Assembly: GCA_049322915.1 (NCBI GenBank) | Contig: JBMOPW010000034.1 | Coordinates: 96,001 to 160,000 of the forward strand | Source of the DNA: Candidatus Zhuqueibacterota bacterium | Lineage (GTDB): Bacteria > Zhuqueibacterota > Zhuqueibacteria > Thermofontimicrobiales > Thermofontimicrobiaceae | Length of the DNA stretch: 64,000 nt | Direction: 5' to 3' | In this document: positions 39,301-47,484 of the stretch, piece after piece | Layout of the letters: every line of letters begins with the position of its first letter | Numbering within the stretch: the first letter of the stretch is position 1 | Made by a program: the position numbers and the translations under genes | The notes under the pieces: generated by a model | What the model was told of the DNA's origin: nothing | Databases searched by the model: none | The model's input: the letters and a program-made list of their open reading frames with translations, nothing else

Positions 39301-41162
39301 TAATTCAATACCTGGCCCAGGTGAACTATGGGCTCAGCCGGCGTATCCGGCGGTTGAAAGGACAGAAATTGCGGCCAGATTGCATCGAAGAAGCCTTTGG
39401 CAAGCGCATCATTGTAGCCGCTGTAGCTGACTCGCGTCGAGCCGAAAACGCCAACTGCGCCGCCTTTGTAGTTACGCAGCCAGAATTCGACGAAGCATTC
39501 GGAAGTTTTCCCGGTGCCGGTGATGTCATCGTCCGTCTCGTTATCGAACCAGCCGGTATTGCAATTGGTGCTGAAAACCACCGGCAGCTTATCGCCATTG
39601 GACAAATTCTTCACGTCTCCGTTGATGTAACGGGGCTCCCCCCAGCCGTCGCGGCCGCCATGATCGCGATGCGTCACCAGAAAACAACCCCGATTGATTG
39701 CGCCGGAAATATCGTTGGCATTTCCGTCCCAGGCAAAACCGGAGCTGCGCAGCAGTTCCGAAGGAATCGGCTGGCCCGATGCGTAGTCGCCATCATTGTA
39801 ATGGGTTGGAGTGACTTCTGACTCGGCAAAATAAATACGGCTCACCGAATATTCCTGCAAAAGCAGAAAATTCCTGATCTCTTCGGTGGTCAGCACGAAC
39901 CGTCGGTCTTCGTAACCATCCCGTTCATTTAAATTGGGCGTATCCGGATCGTCGTCGTCCTGGAAATAGGCAGCAGCCTCCACGTGAGTGTAAAACTCCG
40001 CGTCAGAAATTGGATTCCGCTCATACCCGATAATTTTCCGAACGAACATTTTAGCATCCGTGCCGGTATCCACGGCGATCCGACCCGCGATGAGGTCCGG
40101 GAAATAATCCGATCCATCGAGGGTCGTGTAATACAGGTCGGTCCCGATTTTTCCGTTATCCTCGCTGGGGTGGTCAGTGACATAATTCGTCGGGATGAAT
40201 TCCGCGTCGCCCAGAAACAGAACGAACGAGGGAACCGGGCTCCACGTGTCATAGGCCGATTGGATATAGCGCCGAATGGCCTCAGCCGTATTGCCGAGAT
40301 CCTCGACGAGCGCGACTTTGGCGTCCCAGCCGCACATTTTTCGCCACAGCGCCAGCGAATCCGCCGCCGGCCTGAACTCATTTCGGGTGATGATGAGATA
40401 GTCGCATCCATAAATTTCTTTGGAGTGCGGTGCATTTTCAGTCGATCGGGACATCGCTTCTGTTACAACATCCCAGTTAACGACAAGGCGTTGCAGCATG
40501 GCATCAAAATGGCGGGAGCGAAGTCGCGGCTCAATTTCAGGGGCGGACGCGCTTTCAAAACTGACTTCCACTTCCAGCCGCGTCGCCACTCTGGCTTTTC
40601 GCGCGACCGGATTAAACTGAATCGGTGCGATTCGCAAAAGGGCAAGCCGGAGACCGCGCACCGTCCCGTCGGATTCTATCCATGCCGGGGTTTGCGGGAA
40701 ATAATCATTCGATTGATAAACAGCCTGATCGTAATTCAACTTCCGGACATTTGTCCTGGCTGATTCCGGTTGGGGCAGTTTCGCCGGCGGGATAAACATG
40801 CCCTCCAATTCCGTGAACTCCATTTTCAGGATTCGCACCGCCACCGTTGCGTTCGAAGGCACTGCGATGAATTTTCCCAAAACAGGCAGGGCTGGCTGCC
40901 CCGGCATATCGTTTTCGCTGAAGCCATCGATGGTCAATTTTGTGAAATTCGTGTCACCTGTTTGGCTTTCCATCGCATTCACAGACGGTATCTCGACAAT
41001 GAACGTGATGGAAGCGCTCGTCATTTCTGTGGCGTGTACGGAACTGACCCTGGTGAGACCGCCAGGTAGCAATGGAATAATCCGATCCTTTGCAGGCAGG
41101 ATGGAAAAAACCAGGATGAGTTGCCAGAAAATCAAGGTATGAATCAACCAAACTTTTTTCAT
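36348..41162 (-). CDS. C25 (gingipain-family) cysteine peptidase with propeptide, tandem repeat modules and FlgD-Ig/T9SS-like CTD
   Basis: PGQPALPV propeptide, YLIIT, LGD, TDLYY, GRI, catalytic HRDHG and NCNTG, GDP, LEQNYPNPFNP; signal peptide from ATG 41162. Confidence 0.9.
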   Translation of the reverse strand: MKKVWLIHTLIFWQLILVFSILPAKDRIIPLLPGGLTRVSSVHATEMTSASITFIVEIPSVNAMESQTGDTNFTKLTIDGFSENDMPGQPALPVLGKFIAVPSNATVAVRILKMEFTELEGMFIPPAKLPQPESARTNVRKLNYDQAVYQSNDYFPQTPAWIESDGTVRGLRLALLRIAPIQFNPVARKARVATRLEVEVSFESASAPEIEPRLRSRHFDAMLQRLVVNWDVVTEAMSRSTENAPHSKEIYGCDYLIITRNEFRPAADSLALWRKMCGWDAKVALVEDLGNTAEAIRRYIQSAYDTWSPVPSFVLFLGDAEFIPTNYVTDHPSEDNGKIGTDLYYTTLDGSDYFPDLIAGRIAVDTGTDAKMFVRKIIGYERNPISDAEFYTHVEAAAYFQDDDDPDTPNLNERDGYEDRRFVLTTEEIRNFLLLQEYSVSRIYFAESEVTPTHYNDGDYASGQPIPSELLRSSGFAWDGNANDISGAINRGCFLVTHRDHGGRDGWGEPRYINGDVKNLSNGDKLPVVFSTNCNTGWFDNETDDDITGTGKTSECFVEFWLRNYKGGAVGVFGSTRVSYSGYNDALAKGFFDAIWPQFLSFQPPDTPAEPIVHLGQVLNYGKLYMANQYSRTETRLVEFEEFHYYGDPASSIWTKLPQQMSVDRPDSLFYNQTELVFQLGEANAVVTLVQQGEILATAISTETGFAALEFVPIHSGEPVTLCVTKPNFRPYIADIKVYAPQGLSIIINKVNFIDQNSDAAINSGEMIYWSLDLNNMGPAITEPISFKLMCSDSLITLLEDFAAVLNLGANEKFTLTSLSFRVSNSCPSKHRVAMWIDVSAGEEFHYSFPLDFTVVQGNPEIAVSPTFIADRVASASDSLQIDLQIKNNGFGALTFTANEEGRMNVDVGDSGTKWWATIPEGAGNVYTFADDINMLRFGCFMNIISPVQLFFVIYEGENMTGQFHKIGELAQSVSEAGEATIWSDVFNIKLSKDKYYCLGVSSTGGDAQVCRALQVPPFDFSLGNVATGTLNFGGAPPADNFNQTFSKLIAFVQKIETGTGTWLNYSSEENTLLPGESTVIPVTLKATHADTTYFCNFIISSNDANNDSIQVPVYFMVGSANVKLICHVLSVDDSQGNNDRKLNMGEHILLPVTVKNIGIGTASHVQAELKLAHPDIALQDSVAIIGDIASNQDITLPAFAFAVSPRCEDGQVIPYTIELSATGDTTAFDYSAEVEQGNPIFDFSPDSINATIETLDDSLSLAVEIRNSGYGRLIYKFGNPIQEELAIGTMAESWWLPLKNGIGNIVYQVEDCHILGMQCYFKADSGAVLYFSIYESDSLYGDYRRIAESQALIRQTGSGWRAPFIMECDLRAEKYYYMGASWIGTAQVARMSEAVPLSFDYGTVLSSSFNLTGAPPSDVITFKMMSSIPIAMKLITGSGLWMTCPTAPDTLYPGDQFTLPIKFYATAPDTTFFTNIVVQTNQERTNTHFIPVSLRITAPASGIPERASILPVTIELEQNYPNPFNPVTEIQYGIHRAGQVEIRIFNVLGQQVRTLVDTYQRPGYYKTRWDGKDGAGDYAASGIYLIVLKNDQNILTRKMLMLK

Positions 41163-41172
41163 GAAACGGCTC

Positions 41173-42618
41173 CTATAAGTAAATGCTTTTTTCATTGAAA
41201 ATCGAATCGTCAGCGAAGTAGCGCGCCAATATTTCAAGACAGTGGTTGACGCTGCCGATTCGATCGACATCGATGTGATTCACCGAAACAGCATGCGCCG
41301 AAAACCAGCGCCAGATAATTTCGATTTGCTCAACTGTCAGTTCGCTTTCCGACGATTCAACGGGCTGCGATAGCCAGACAAGCCGGGATTCGATCATGCC
41401 CCAGTCCGGATGGAACCGATCAATTTCCAGCGACTGAGCCGCCTTTGATCCAGCGACAAAATAGAGGACAATGTGCGGCTCGATGGCGGCTGGAAGCAAT
41501 AGGACGAGCCGCCCGGATGCAACGGGCTGCGCGCCCGACGAATGAACTTCAAGCTGGGTGTTGATCTTCGGCCCGAATTGATGAATATACTTGTTCTCCA
41601 GCAGCAGCGCTTCCAGTTCCGAGCCGGTCGGTTCATAGACAAGATCGAAAATAGACGACTGAATGAGCGCTGTCTTCTCGTCGTTTCGCTGCCGCTGAAT
41701 AAAATAACTTCCCACTCGGGATTTGAGGCTCTTCGATTTCCCAACATAAATCACCGTATCCGATTTATCCTTCATCAGATAGACGCCGGGCGAATCAGGT
41801 AAACTGCGGAGATAGTCCCGGTCGAAATTATATCCCGAAAAATCGACCAGGATTTCTTTTTCTTGAATGAAGTCTTCCAACTGTTGCAGGGTTCGCAACC
41901 CATTCGTTTGCAGCGCATCGAACAGCGTGCTCATTATCTCATGCATGAGCGTCAAACGGCTGGGCAGCGTCAACGGCACTGGTATTGTGATCTGAAAATG
42001 CTCAGCGATCGTTTCAAGCGTGGTTGATTTGACATCGGGATTCCATTTTCGAATGGCATTTTTCAGATGAATGGACTCAAATTCATGCTCGATTCCCGAA
42101 TGATAATTCAGTCGAAATTTGAAATCATTTTCCACTCTTTGAGAGAGGCACACTGACGCCTTTGAGCTGTGAAGGTCATGAAGCACTGAAGGGACTTCCT
42201 GTTCAAATCGTCGGGAAACGCCTTCGAGCAGCGGGCTGGCGCTGATTGCGCGCAACAGATTTTCATTAAGATCGAGCGGCGGTTGGATGGCGCAGATTGA
42301 CTGCTGCGCAATTTTGGACTGGTCAATCCGTACGTATCCGAACAGCAGAGGGACAACGATTTTATTCAGGGTTACATATTCAAAGTCGTAAACGACGTAG
42401 CTCATTTCAGCGAGTGAAACATCCTGGCGCTGGCTTTTAACGCTCCACATGCCGGCTTCGTCGCGCACAAAGCGGCCATCCTGGTTCAGCATCGAATGGA
42501 CTATTTTTTCCATGTGCGCCGGATACTCACTTCCCGTGCGAAAAAAATGTGAAATGATTTCCTGAGAGGACACGCTCGCCCCTTTTTGCGCCAGATATTT
42601 ATAGATTTTTTCTTTCAT
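41173..42618 (-). CDS. GIY-YIG (UvrC N-terminal-like) nuclease with degenerate DnaQ-like N-terminal domain
   Basis: LPDSPGVYLM...VIYVGKSKSLKSRVGSYF, TGSELEALLLE...P..N. Confidence 0.8.
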   Translation of the reverse strand: MKEKIYKYLAQKGASVSSQEIISHFFRTGSEYPAHMEKIVHSMLNQDGRFVRDEAGMWSVKSQRQDVSLAEMSYVVYDFEYVTLNKIVVPLLFGYVRIDQSKIAQQSICAIQPPLDLNENLLRAISASPLLEGVSRRFEQEVPSVLHDLHSSKASVCLSQRVENDFKFRLNYHSGIEHEFESIHLKNAIRKWNPDVKSTTLETIAEHFQITIPVPLTLPSRLTLMHEIMSTLFDALQTNGLRTLQQLEDFIQEKEILVDFSGYNFDRDYLRSLPDSPGVYLMKDKSDTVIYVGKSKSLKSRVGSYFIQRQRNDEKTALIQSSIFDLVYEPTGSELEALLLENKYIHQFGPKINTQLEVHSSGAQPVASGRLVLLLPAAIEPHIVLYFVAGSKAAQSLEIDRFHPDWGMIESRLVWLSQPVESSESELTVEQIEIIWRWFSAHAVSVNHIDVDRIGSVNHCLEILARYFADDSIFNEKSIYL

Positions 42619-43219
42619 CCGGCACCTTTTTTAACTTTTCGCGCCAGTAACCCCAGACGCCCCAGAGCAGCATGGCAATGAACGCAACGATTAACAGCCA
42701 GTTGGGAACATTGAAAGTATAGCCAAGCCAGATCAGGATGAAATAGCGAGGGCAACGGCCTGCAAATAGCGCTAATAAATATCTGGACAAAGGATAGCCA
42801 GTGGCGATGCTCAAAAATTTAAATGGATAAAAGGGGATCGGCGTAAAACCTGCAATCACAATCATGGCGAAGGGCGATTTATAAAAGAAATCGACGGATT
42901 TGGTGTAAAGCCTTTTATCATCATAAAGCTTTTTTACTTTACGATGTCGAAAGAGCGGCGTCAGCGTTTCGTAATCGATGAAGCCCGCAATCAACGTGCC
43001 CAGGGAAGCAGCGGCAACCGCAGCAAAGATATTGAATTCTTTGCCATAGTAAAGAAGCACTGGCTCGTGCGGTAAAAATGAAATGTAGACATGAGACGGG
43101 ATGGAATAGAGATAGAGCCATACAATACCCCGCATATCAGGTCTGTATTTCCAGATCAGCAGCGAGCCAATCGCAGATAAAACAAGGATGAGAATGAAAT
43201 AGACGTATTTTTTTTTCAT
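42599..43219 (-). CDS. VTT/DedA-family membrane protein
   Basis: hydrophobic; GFTPIPFYPF...GR..RY. Confidence 0.75.
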   Translation of the reverse strand: MKKKYVYFILILVLSAIGSLLIWKYRPDMRGIVWLYLYSIPSHVYISFLPHEPVLLYYGKEFNIFAAVAAASLGTLIAGFIDYETLTPLFRHRKVKKLYDDKRLYTKSVDFFYKSPFAMIVIAGFTPIPFYPFKFLSIATGYPLSRYLLALFAGRCPRYFILIWLGYTFNVPNWLLIVAFIAMLLWGVWGYWREKLKKVPDERKNL

Positions 43220-43266
43220 GGAATTATCGGGTCGAAAAGTGAGTCGCCCTTCTTTTATTTTAGCAG

Positions 43267-43295
43267 AAAAGCCTCACTGGAATTGTGAGGCTTTT
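43267..43295. terminator. intrinsic terminator ending the redox operon
   Basis: AAAAGCCTCAC-tggaatt-GTGAGGCTTTT. Confidence 0.8.
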
Positions 43296-43330
43296 CAATT
43301 ATAGTTTGGATCTGCTGTTGTATTCTTGTG

Positions 43331-45004
43331 TTATCGCATGGTTCCCAGGTAGGTGGTGGTCAATTGTCGTGTGCGGACATCGGGATTGCTGTAATCTGGC
43401 AGCAGCATCGGCGACACTGCGTCCATGATGCCGGCTTCTTCAACTTCCTTGTTGTAATTTCGGACATGGTCCAGATTCAGCTTTTTTGAAATGCTGGTTC
43501 CCTTGCAGTACTCCGCAGCATTTTTCCCGGCGATTCGCCCGAAGGCAGTCACATCCAGCAATGAATTTCCCATCAGCCGGTTTTCGCCATGAATGCCGCC
43601 CAGCACTTCGCCAGCGACATAGAGACCTTTGATGCTCGTCTCACAGCGGTTGTTTGCTTCCAACCCGCCGTTTTGATAATGCAACGTGGGGTAAATCAGC
43701 ATCGGCTCTTTGGAAATATCAATGCCGTAGCGTCGGAACAAAATGTGCTTGCCGGGGAATTCCCGACGAACCGTGCCTTCGCCATAGAGATCGTCAATCA
43801 TCGGCGAATCCAGCCACACTCCAAATTTTCCGGTCGGCGTTGGCACACCGTTTTTCCGTTCCGTCGAGCACTCTCTGATGATGGCCGCAGCTTCAACATC
43901 GCGGGGTTCACGCTCAAAGACGAACTGTTCGCCGTGAATATTGACCAGATTCGCTCCAGCGCCCCGCACCTTTTCGGTGATGAGAAGTCCCTCGGCCTGT
44001 TCCGGAAAAACAGCGCCGGTGGGATGATACTGAACCGTGTGCAGGAAACATACCGGCACACCCGCGCGATAGCCAATCACCAAACCATCCCCGGTTGCGC
44101 CATAATGGTTTGTCGTCATAAAATTCTGGATGTGCAACCGGCCGCTGCCACCTGTCGCGATGATGACAGACTTTGCTTTAATGATAAAATATTCCTCAGT
44201 TTCCATATTGTAAAGGACAGCGCCGCCGCATTTTCCAGTATCATCCATGAGGAGCTCCACCGCCGGGGAGAACTCGATCACGGTTATATCGCCGGGATGA
44301 TTTCTCACCTCGTCGCGAATGGTGCGCATAATTTCAGCGCCGGTGATATCGCCGGCGTAGTGCATTCGCTTGCGGGAAGTGCCGCCGCCGTGCATGGATT
44401 TCATCCTGCCATCCGGGAATTTGCTGAAAATCATCCCCAGTTTCTCCAACCAGGCTAGTACTTTCGGGGCTTCTGTGACCAACGTGTACGCTAATTCCGG
44501 ATCGTTGACAAAATGCCCGCCGCCCATGACGTCAAGATAATGATAGTACGGCGAATCCTTCCACGTTTTGCTCGCGCCCTGAATGCCGCCTTCTGCCATC
44601 ATGGTATTGGCATCGCCGTTTCGCAATTTTGTCGCAATGATGACTTTCGCGCCGTTCTCACGCGCCAGTAATGCGGCTGAATTACCAGCGCCTCCGCCGC
44701 CAATGACCAGAACGTCTGTCTCCATCCGCACATCATTCAGATTTATTTTATCCGGATTGACGCGGCTTTTAGCCTCGAGTATCGCAGCGTATTCGTTGCT
44801 GATAGCGTATCCTTTGCTCGGGCCAACCCTCAATTTTTTTCGAGTGCCCTGTATAAAATCAGGGTGAAAATTGCGCAGTATTTCCTGTCGTTTATCCACA
44901 GGGATAGCGGTAAATTCCTCTCCCCTCTTTTTTCGCTGAACGCGCTCAGGACGTGTCTTCTCAACCAGTTTTATTAGATTATTAAGTTCTGGTGTATATG
45001 CCAT
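43331..45004 (-). CDS. fumarate reductase/succinate dehydrogenase-family flavoprotein, non-covalent FAD type
   Basis: GGGGAG, ANTMMAEGG (no covalent His), QYHPTG, LITEKVRG, EPRD, PTLHYQNGG, HGENRLMGNSL. Confidence 0.9.
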   Translation of the reverse strand: MAYTPELNNLIKLVEKTRPERVQRKKRGEEFTAIPVDKRQEILRNFHPDFIQGTRKKLRVGPSKGYAISNEYAAILEAKSRVNPDKINLNDVRMETDVLVIGGGGAGNSAALLARENGAKVIIATKLRNGDANTMMAEGGIQGASKTWKDSPYYHYLDVMGGGHFVNDPELAYTLVTEAPKVLAWLEKLGMIFSKFPDGRMKSMHGGGTSRKRMHYAGDITGAEIMRTIRDEVRNHPGDITVIEFSPAVELLMDDTGKCGGAVLYNMETEEYFIIKAKSVIIATGGSGRLHIQNFMTTNHYGATGDGLVIGYRAGVPVCFLHTVQYHPTGAVFPEQAEGLLITEKVRGAGANLVNIHGEQFVFEREPRDVEAAAIIRECSTERKNGVPTPTGKFGVWLDSPMIDDLYGEGTVRREFPGKHILFRRYGIDISKEPMLIYPTLHYQNGGLEANNRCETSIKGLYVAGEVLGGIHGENRLMGNSLLDVTAFGRIAGKNAAEYCKGTSISKKLNLDHVRNYNKEVEEAGIMDAVSPMLLPDYSNPDVRTRQLTTTYLGTMR

Positions 45005-45072
45005 GCCAACACCTCTCAAATTTTGAAAAGTCTATTTCAGAAATTTTGGTTACTTGTTCTTGGATTATAACA

Positions 45073-45831
45073 TTATAAATAACGCTTATCTTCCGGCTCC
45101 CACATCTCATCGGCATTGTCCGGTTCCATCTGTCTCTCTTTATACAAATTCATCAATTCGGTCTTTTCTTTCTTCATCAAATCCCTCAGCATGCTTTCGT
45201 AGCGACCGTCTTCAATCTGCTTCGTGCGCTCCTGCAAATGTTCCGCTTTGGGAAGGATATGCCGGCCATAAATTCGTCGCGACAAAATGCCAATGTTGTA
45301 TTGCACTTCCTCCGCCGGACAGCGGGCAGAGCAAAGTCCGCACATCACGCAGTCGAAGGACAACTCAGCCGCTTTCTCAATGTCGCCGGCCATCGCCATG
45401 GCCACATAATCCATCACTTTGATATCCATGGGACAGCTCAAGGTGCAGGTGTTGCATCCCATACATTTAAAAATTTCCGGGTACAATTTTGGTACATCTT
45501 CCCCGGTCGGGCTCAATTTTTCAATGTCATAGACCGCTTTGTTCCCCGGGAAAAATGGAATTTGCGTGATGTACATCTGCGGTTCGACGACCGTCTGGCA
45601 AGCCAGTCCATAATGGATTTTATAGTCATTCGGAAATCGGTAAATTGTCCCGCAGGCGCCGCAAATACCGCCGCGACAGCCGCATCCACGAATGAGTTGG
45701 TAACCGGCATATTCCATGGCTTTTTGAATGGTGAGAGAGTCAGGAACGTCGTACCGCTTGCCCATTATGAAAATGGGAATAAAATTTTTATTTTCAATCA
45801 GGCTGTCTTTTGGTTCTTTTGATTTACTCAT
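45073..45831 (-). CDS. SdhB/FrdB-like Fe-S subunit ([2Fe-2S] + 2x[4Fe-4S])
   Basis: GCRGGICGAC...LACQ, CMGCNTCTLSCP, CVMCGLCSARCP. Confidence 0.88.
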   Translation of the reverse strand: MSKSKEPKDSLIENKNFIPIFIMGKRYDVPDSLTIQKAMEYAGYQLIRGCGCRGGICGACGTIYRFPNDYKIHYGLACQTVVEPQMYITQIPFFPGNKAVYDIEKLSPTGEDVPKLYPEIFKCMGCNTCTLSCPMDIKVMDYVAMAMAGDIEKAAELSFDCVMCGLCSARCPAEEVQYNIGILSRRIYGRHILPKAEHLQERTKQIEDGRYESMLRDLMKKEKTELMNLYKERQMEPDNADEMWEPEDKRYL

Positions 45832-45882
45832 TGAAACTCCTCCTGAACAGAGAATGTGCTGTATCTGAAAATTTATTGTAAT

Positions 45883-46365
45883 TTACCACGTGATAAAAAT
45901 TCCCAAAACAAAGCCAATAATGAGAGCGACTATCACCATGAAATAGTTGTCCAGCAATTTCATTTTCTTTGACTGGGGGATGACTTCGACCACTCGCTCC
46001 TCGACCACGAAATCCTTGATGGAAGTATCCACCTGTGGGCAGGACATAACGCAGGCATAACATTGTTCACAGTCCTCTGCAACCAGCGCTTCCAATGCAA
46101 ACGACGTACGCTGAACCGTGCGCGCTCTTCTGTCCGGCTCTCTTCGCAGCACCGGGCACGAATCGATGCAATTTCCGCAGGCAATGCAGGCGCGATCCCC
46201 TTCGATGGCGACATGCTGTGGCAAGTAGAGTCGATGATAGGGCTCTATTCCGCGTGAGAGCAGACGGCATCTGGCGACCGGTGGTTCTTTGATATCAAGA
46301 ACAGAATTCAAAACATTCTGGGTCTTGTCGGTTAAAAGCGTCTCTTTTGCAGTTATGTACGCCAC
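45883..46365 (-). CDS. 2x[4Fe-4S] ferredoxin with C-terminal membrane anchor
   Basis: CIACGNCIDSCP, CEQCYACVMSCP, C-terminal hydrophobic helix; SD AAGGAG favours GTG 46365 (ORF track 46380). Confidence 0.85.
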   Translation of the reverse strand: MAYITAKETLLTDKTQNVLNSVLDIKEPPVARCRLLSRGIEPYHRLYLPQHVAIEGDRACIACGNCIDSCPVLRREPDRRARTVQRTSFALEALVAEDCEQCYACVMSCPQVDTSIKDFVVEERVVEVIPQSKKMKLLDNYFMVIVALIIGFVLGIFITW

Positions 46366-46396
46366 AATTATCTCCTTCACAATATGTATTGGTTAA

Positions 46397-46496
46397 CCCT
46401 ACAACGTCACTTGAATTTATTAGCACTATATATTGTATCTGCTAACAACCAAACATACAATATAGTGTGAGCAACTTGCTAAATGACGTTGTAGGG
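46397..46496. mobile_element. 100-bp MITE-like element flanked by TTAA
   Basis: perfect 13-bp TIR CCCTACAACGTCA / TGACGTTGTAGGG, TTAA on both sides, AT-rich interior. Confidence 0.7.
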
Positions 46497-46547
46497 TTAA
46501 TCTGTATCTTCAATTCGCCTCAATAATGAAGCCTGTTCATCGCCTGA

Positions 46548-47462
46548 CTACTCAGCCGATTCATCAATGTAGGGATGACATTTCACGCAATTTTCGTTTT
46601 GCGTCGTATCTTCACAGTCCGCTTTGAAAATTTGAAACTTCCCGTGTATTTGACCATGATGGCATTTCTGACAGGTTTCCACTTTCGGCGGCGCGACCGG
46701 CTCGCCGGGATGCGTCAGAGGAACGACATTTTCATGACAGCCAGCGCAGGTGATCGGGTTCCGAGCCACGAAGTTGACATTTTTATCAACGGTGGCGCTT
46801 TGATCATCGCCCATTTTATTTCTGAGGTGGCACTGCCCACAATTTCCGGTCTTAATTTTTTCGAGAAGTTGAATTTCAGCCTGTTTGTTTTCCATGATGA
46901 CTTTGTCGGAAATCAAATCCTGATACAATTTCTGATCGTCCGGGCTATACGTTTCAAATCGAAAATGCAGCCGCTTGTTGAAACGAAGTCCGATTTTTCT
47001 CAATGTGTCCGATGCCAGGAGGTATGGCTCGCGCTCGTCAACATCCAGCCTGTCCGGGTGACAGATGAGGCACTGCTCACTGGTATAGGTAGCGCGGGGC
47101 GCCACTTCTTTCGCGAATTTCAAATTCGCGGCATTCTCTGCAAACGTACCGCTTTTCTGAAAACTTCTTCCATAAATAGTCTGCACCGTCTTGTCCTTAT
47201 GGCACTGAACGCAGGTGAATTGGCTTTTATCGATCCCCTTATGGACGGGCAGGTCTTTGTCAAAATAAAAATAAGGTCCATTATTTTCATGGCAGTTATA
47301 ACAGAAATTCGACGTCTGGTTATAGGCGATCAGACTCGTTAAAAAAGTAATGGCGCCAATCGGAACTACAATGAGAATGACGAGCAAATAATGTTTGAAG
47401 ACAAAATCTTTGACTTTCCCGGGAAAGCGTATGACGTTTTGAATGAATGTCGTTATTTTCAT
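46548..47462 (-). CDS. membrane-anchored multiheme cytochrome c (7 CxxCH)
   Basis: N-terminal TM; CYNCH, CVQCH, CLICH, CGQCH, CAGCH, CQKCH, CVKCH. Confidence 0.9.
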   Translation of the reverse strand: MKITTFIQNVIRFPGKVKDFVFKHYLLVILIVVPIGAITFLTSLIAYNQTSNFCYNCHENNGPYFYFDKDLPVHKGIDKSQFTCVQCHKDKTVQTIYGRSFQKSGTFAENAANLKFAKEVAPRATYTSEQCLICHPDRLDVDEREPYLLASDTLRKIGLRFNKRLHFRFETYSPDDQKLYQDLISDKVIMENKQAEIQLLEKIKTGNCGQCHLRNKMGDDQSATVDKNVNFVARNPITCAGCHENVVPLTHPGEPVAPPKVETCQKCHHGQIHGKFQIFKADCEDTTQNENCVKCHPYIDESAE

Positions 47463-47484
47463 TATCAGGACTCAGTTCATTTCG

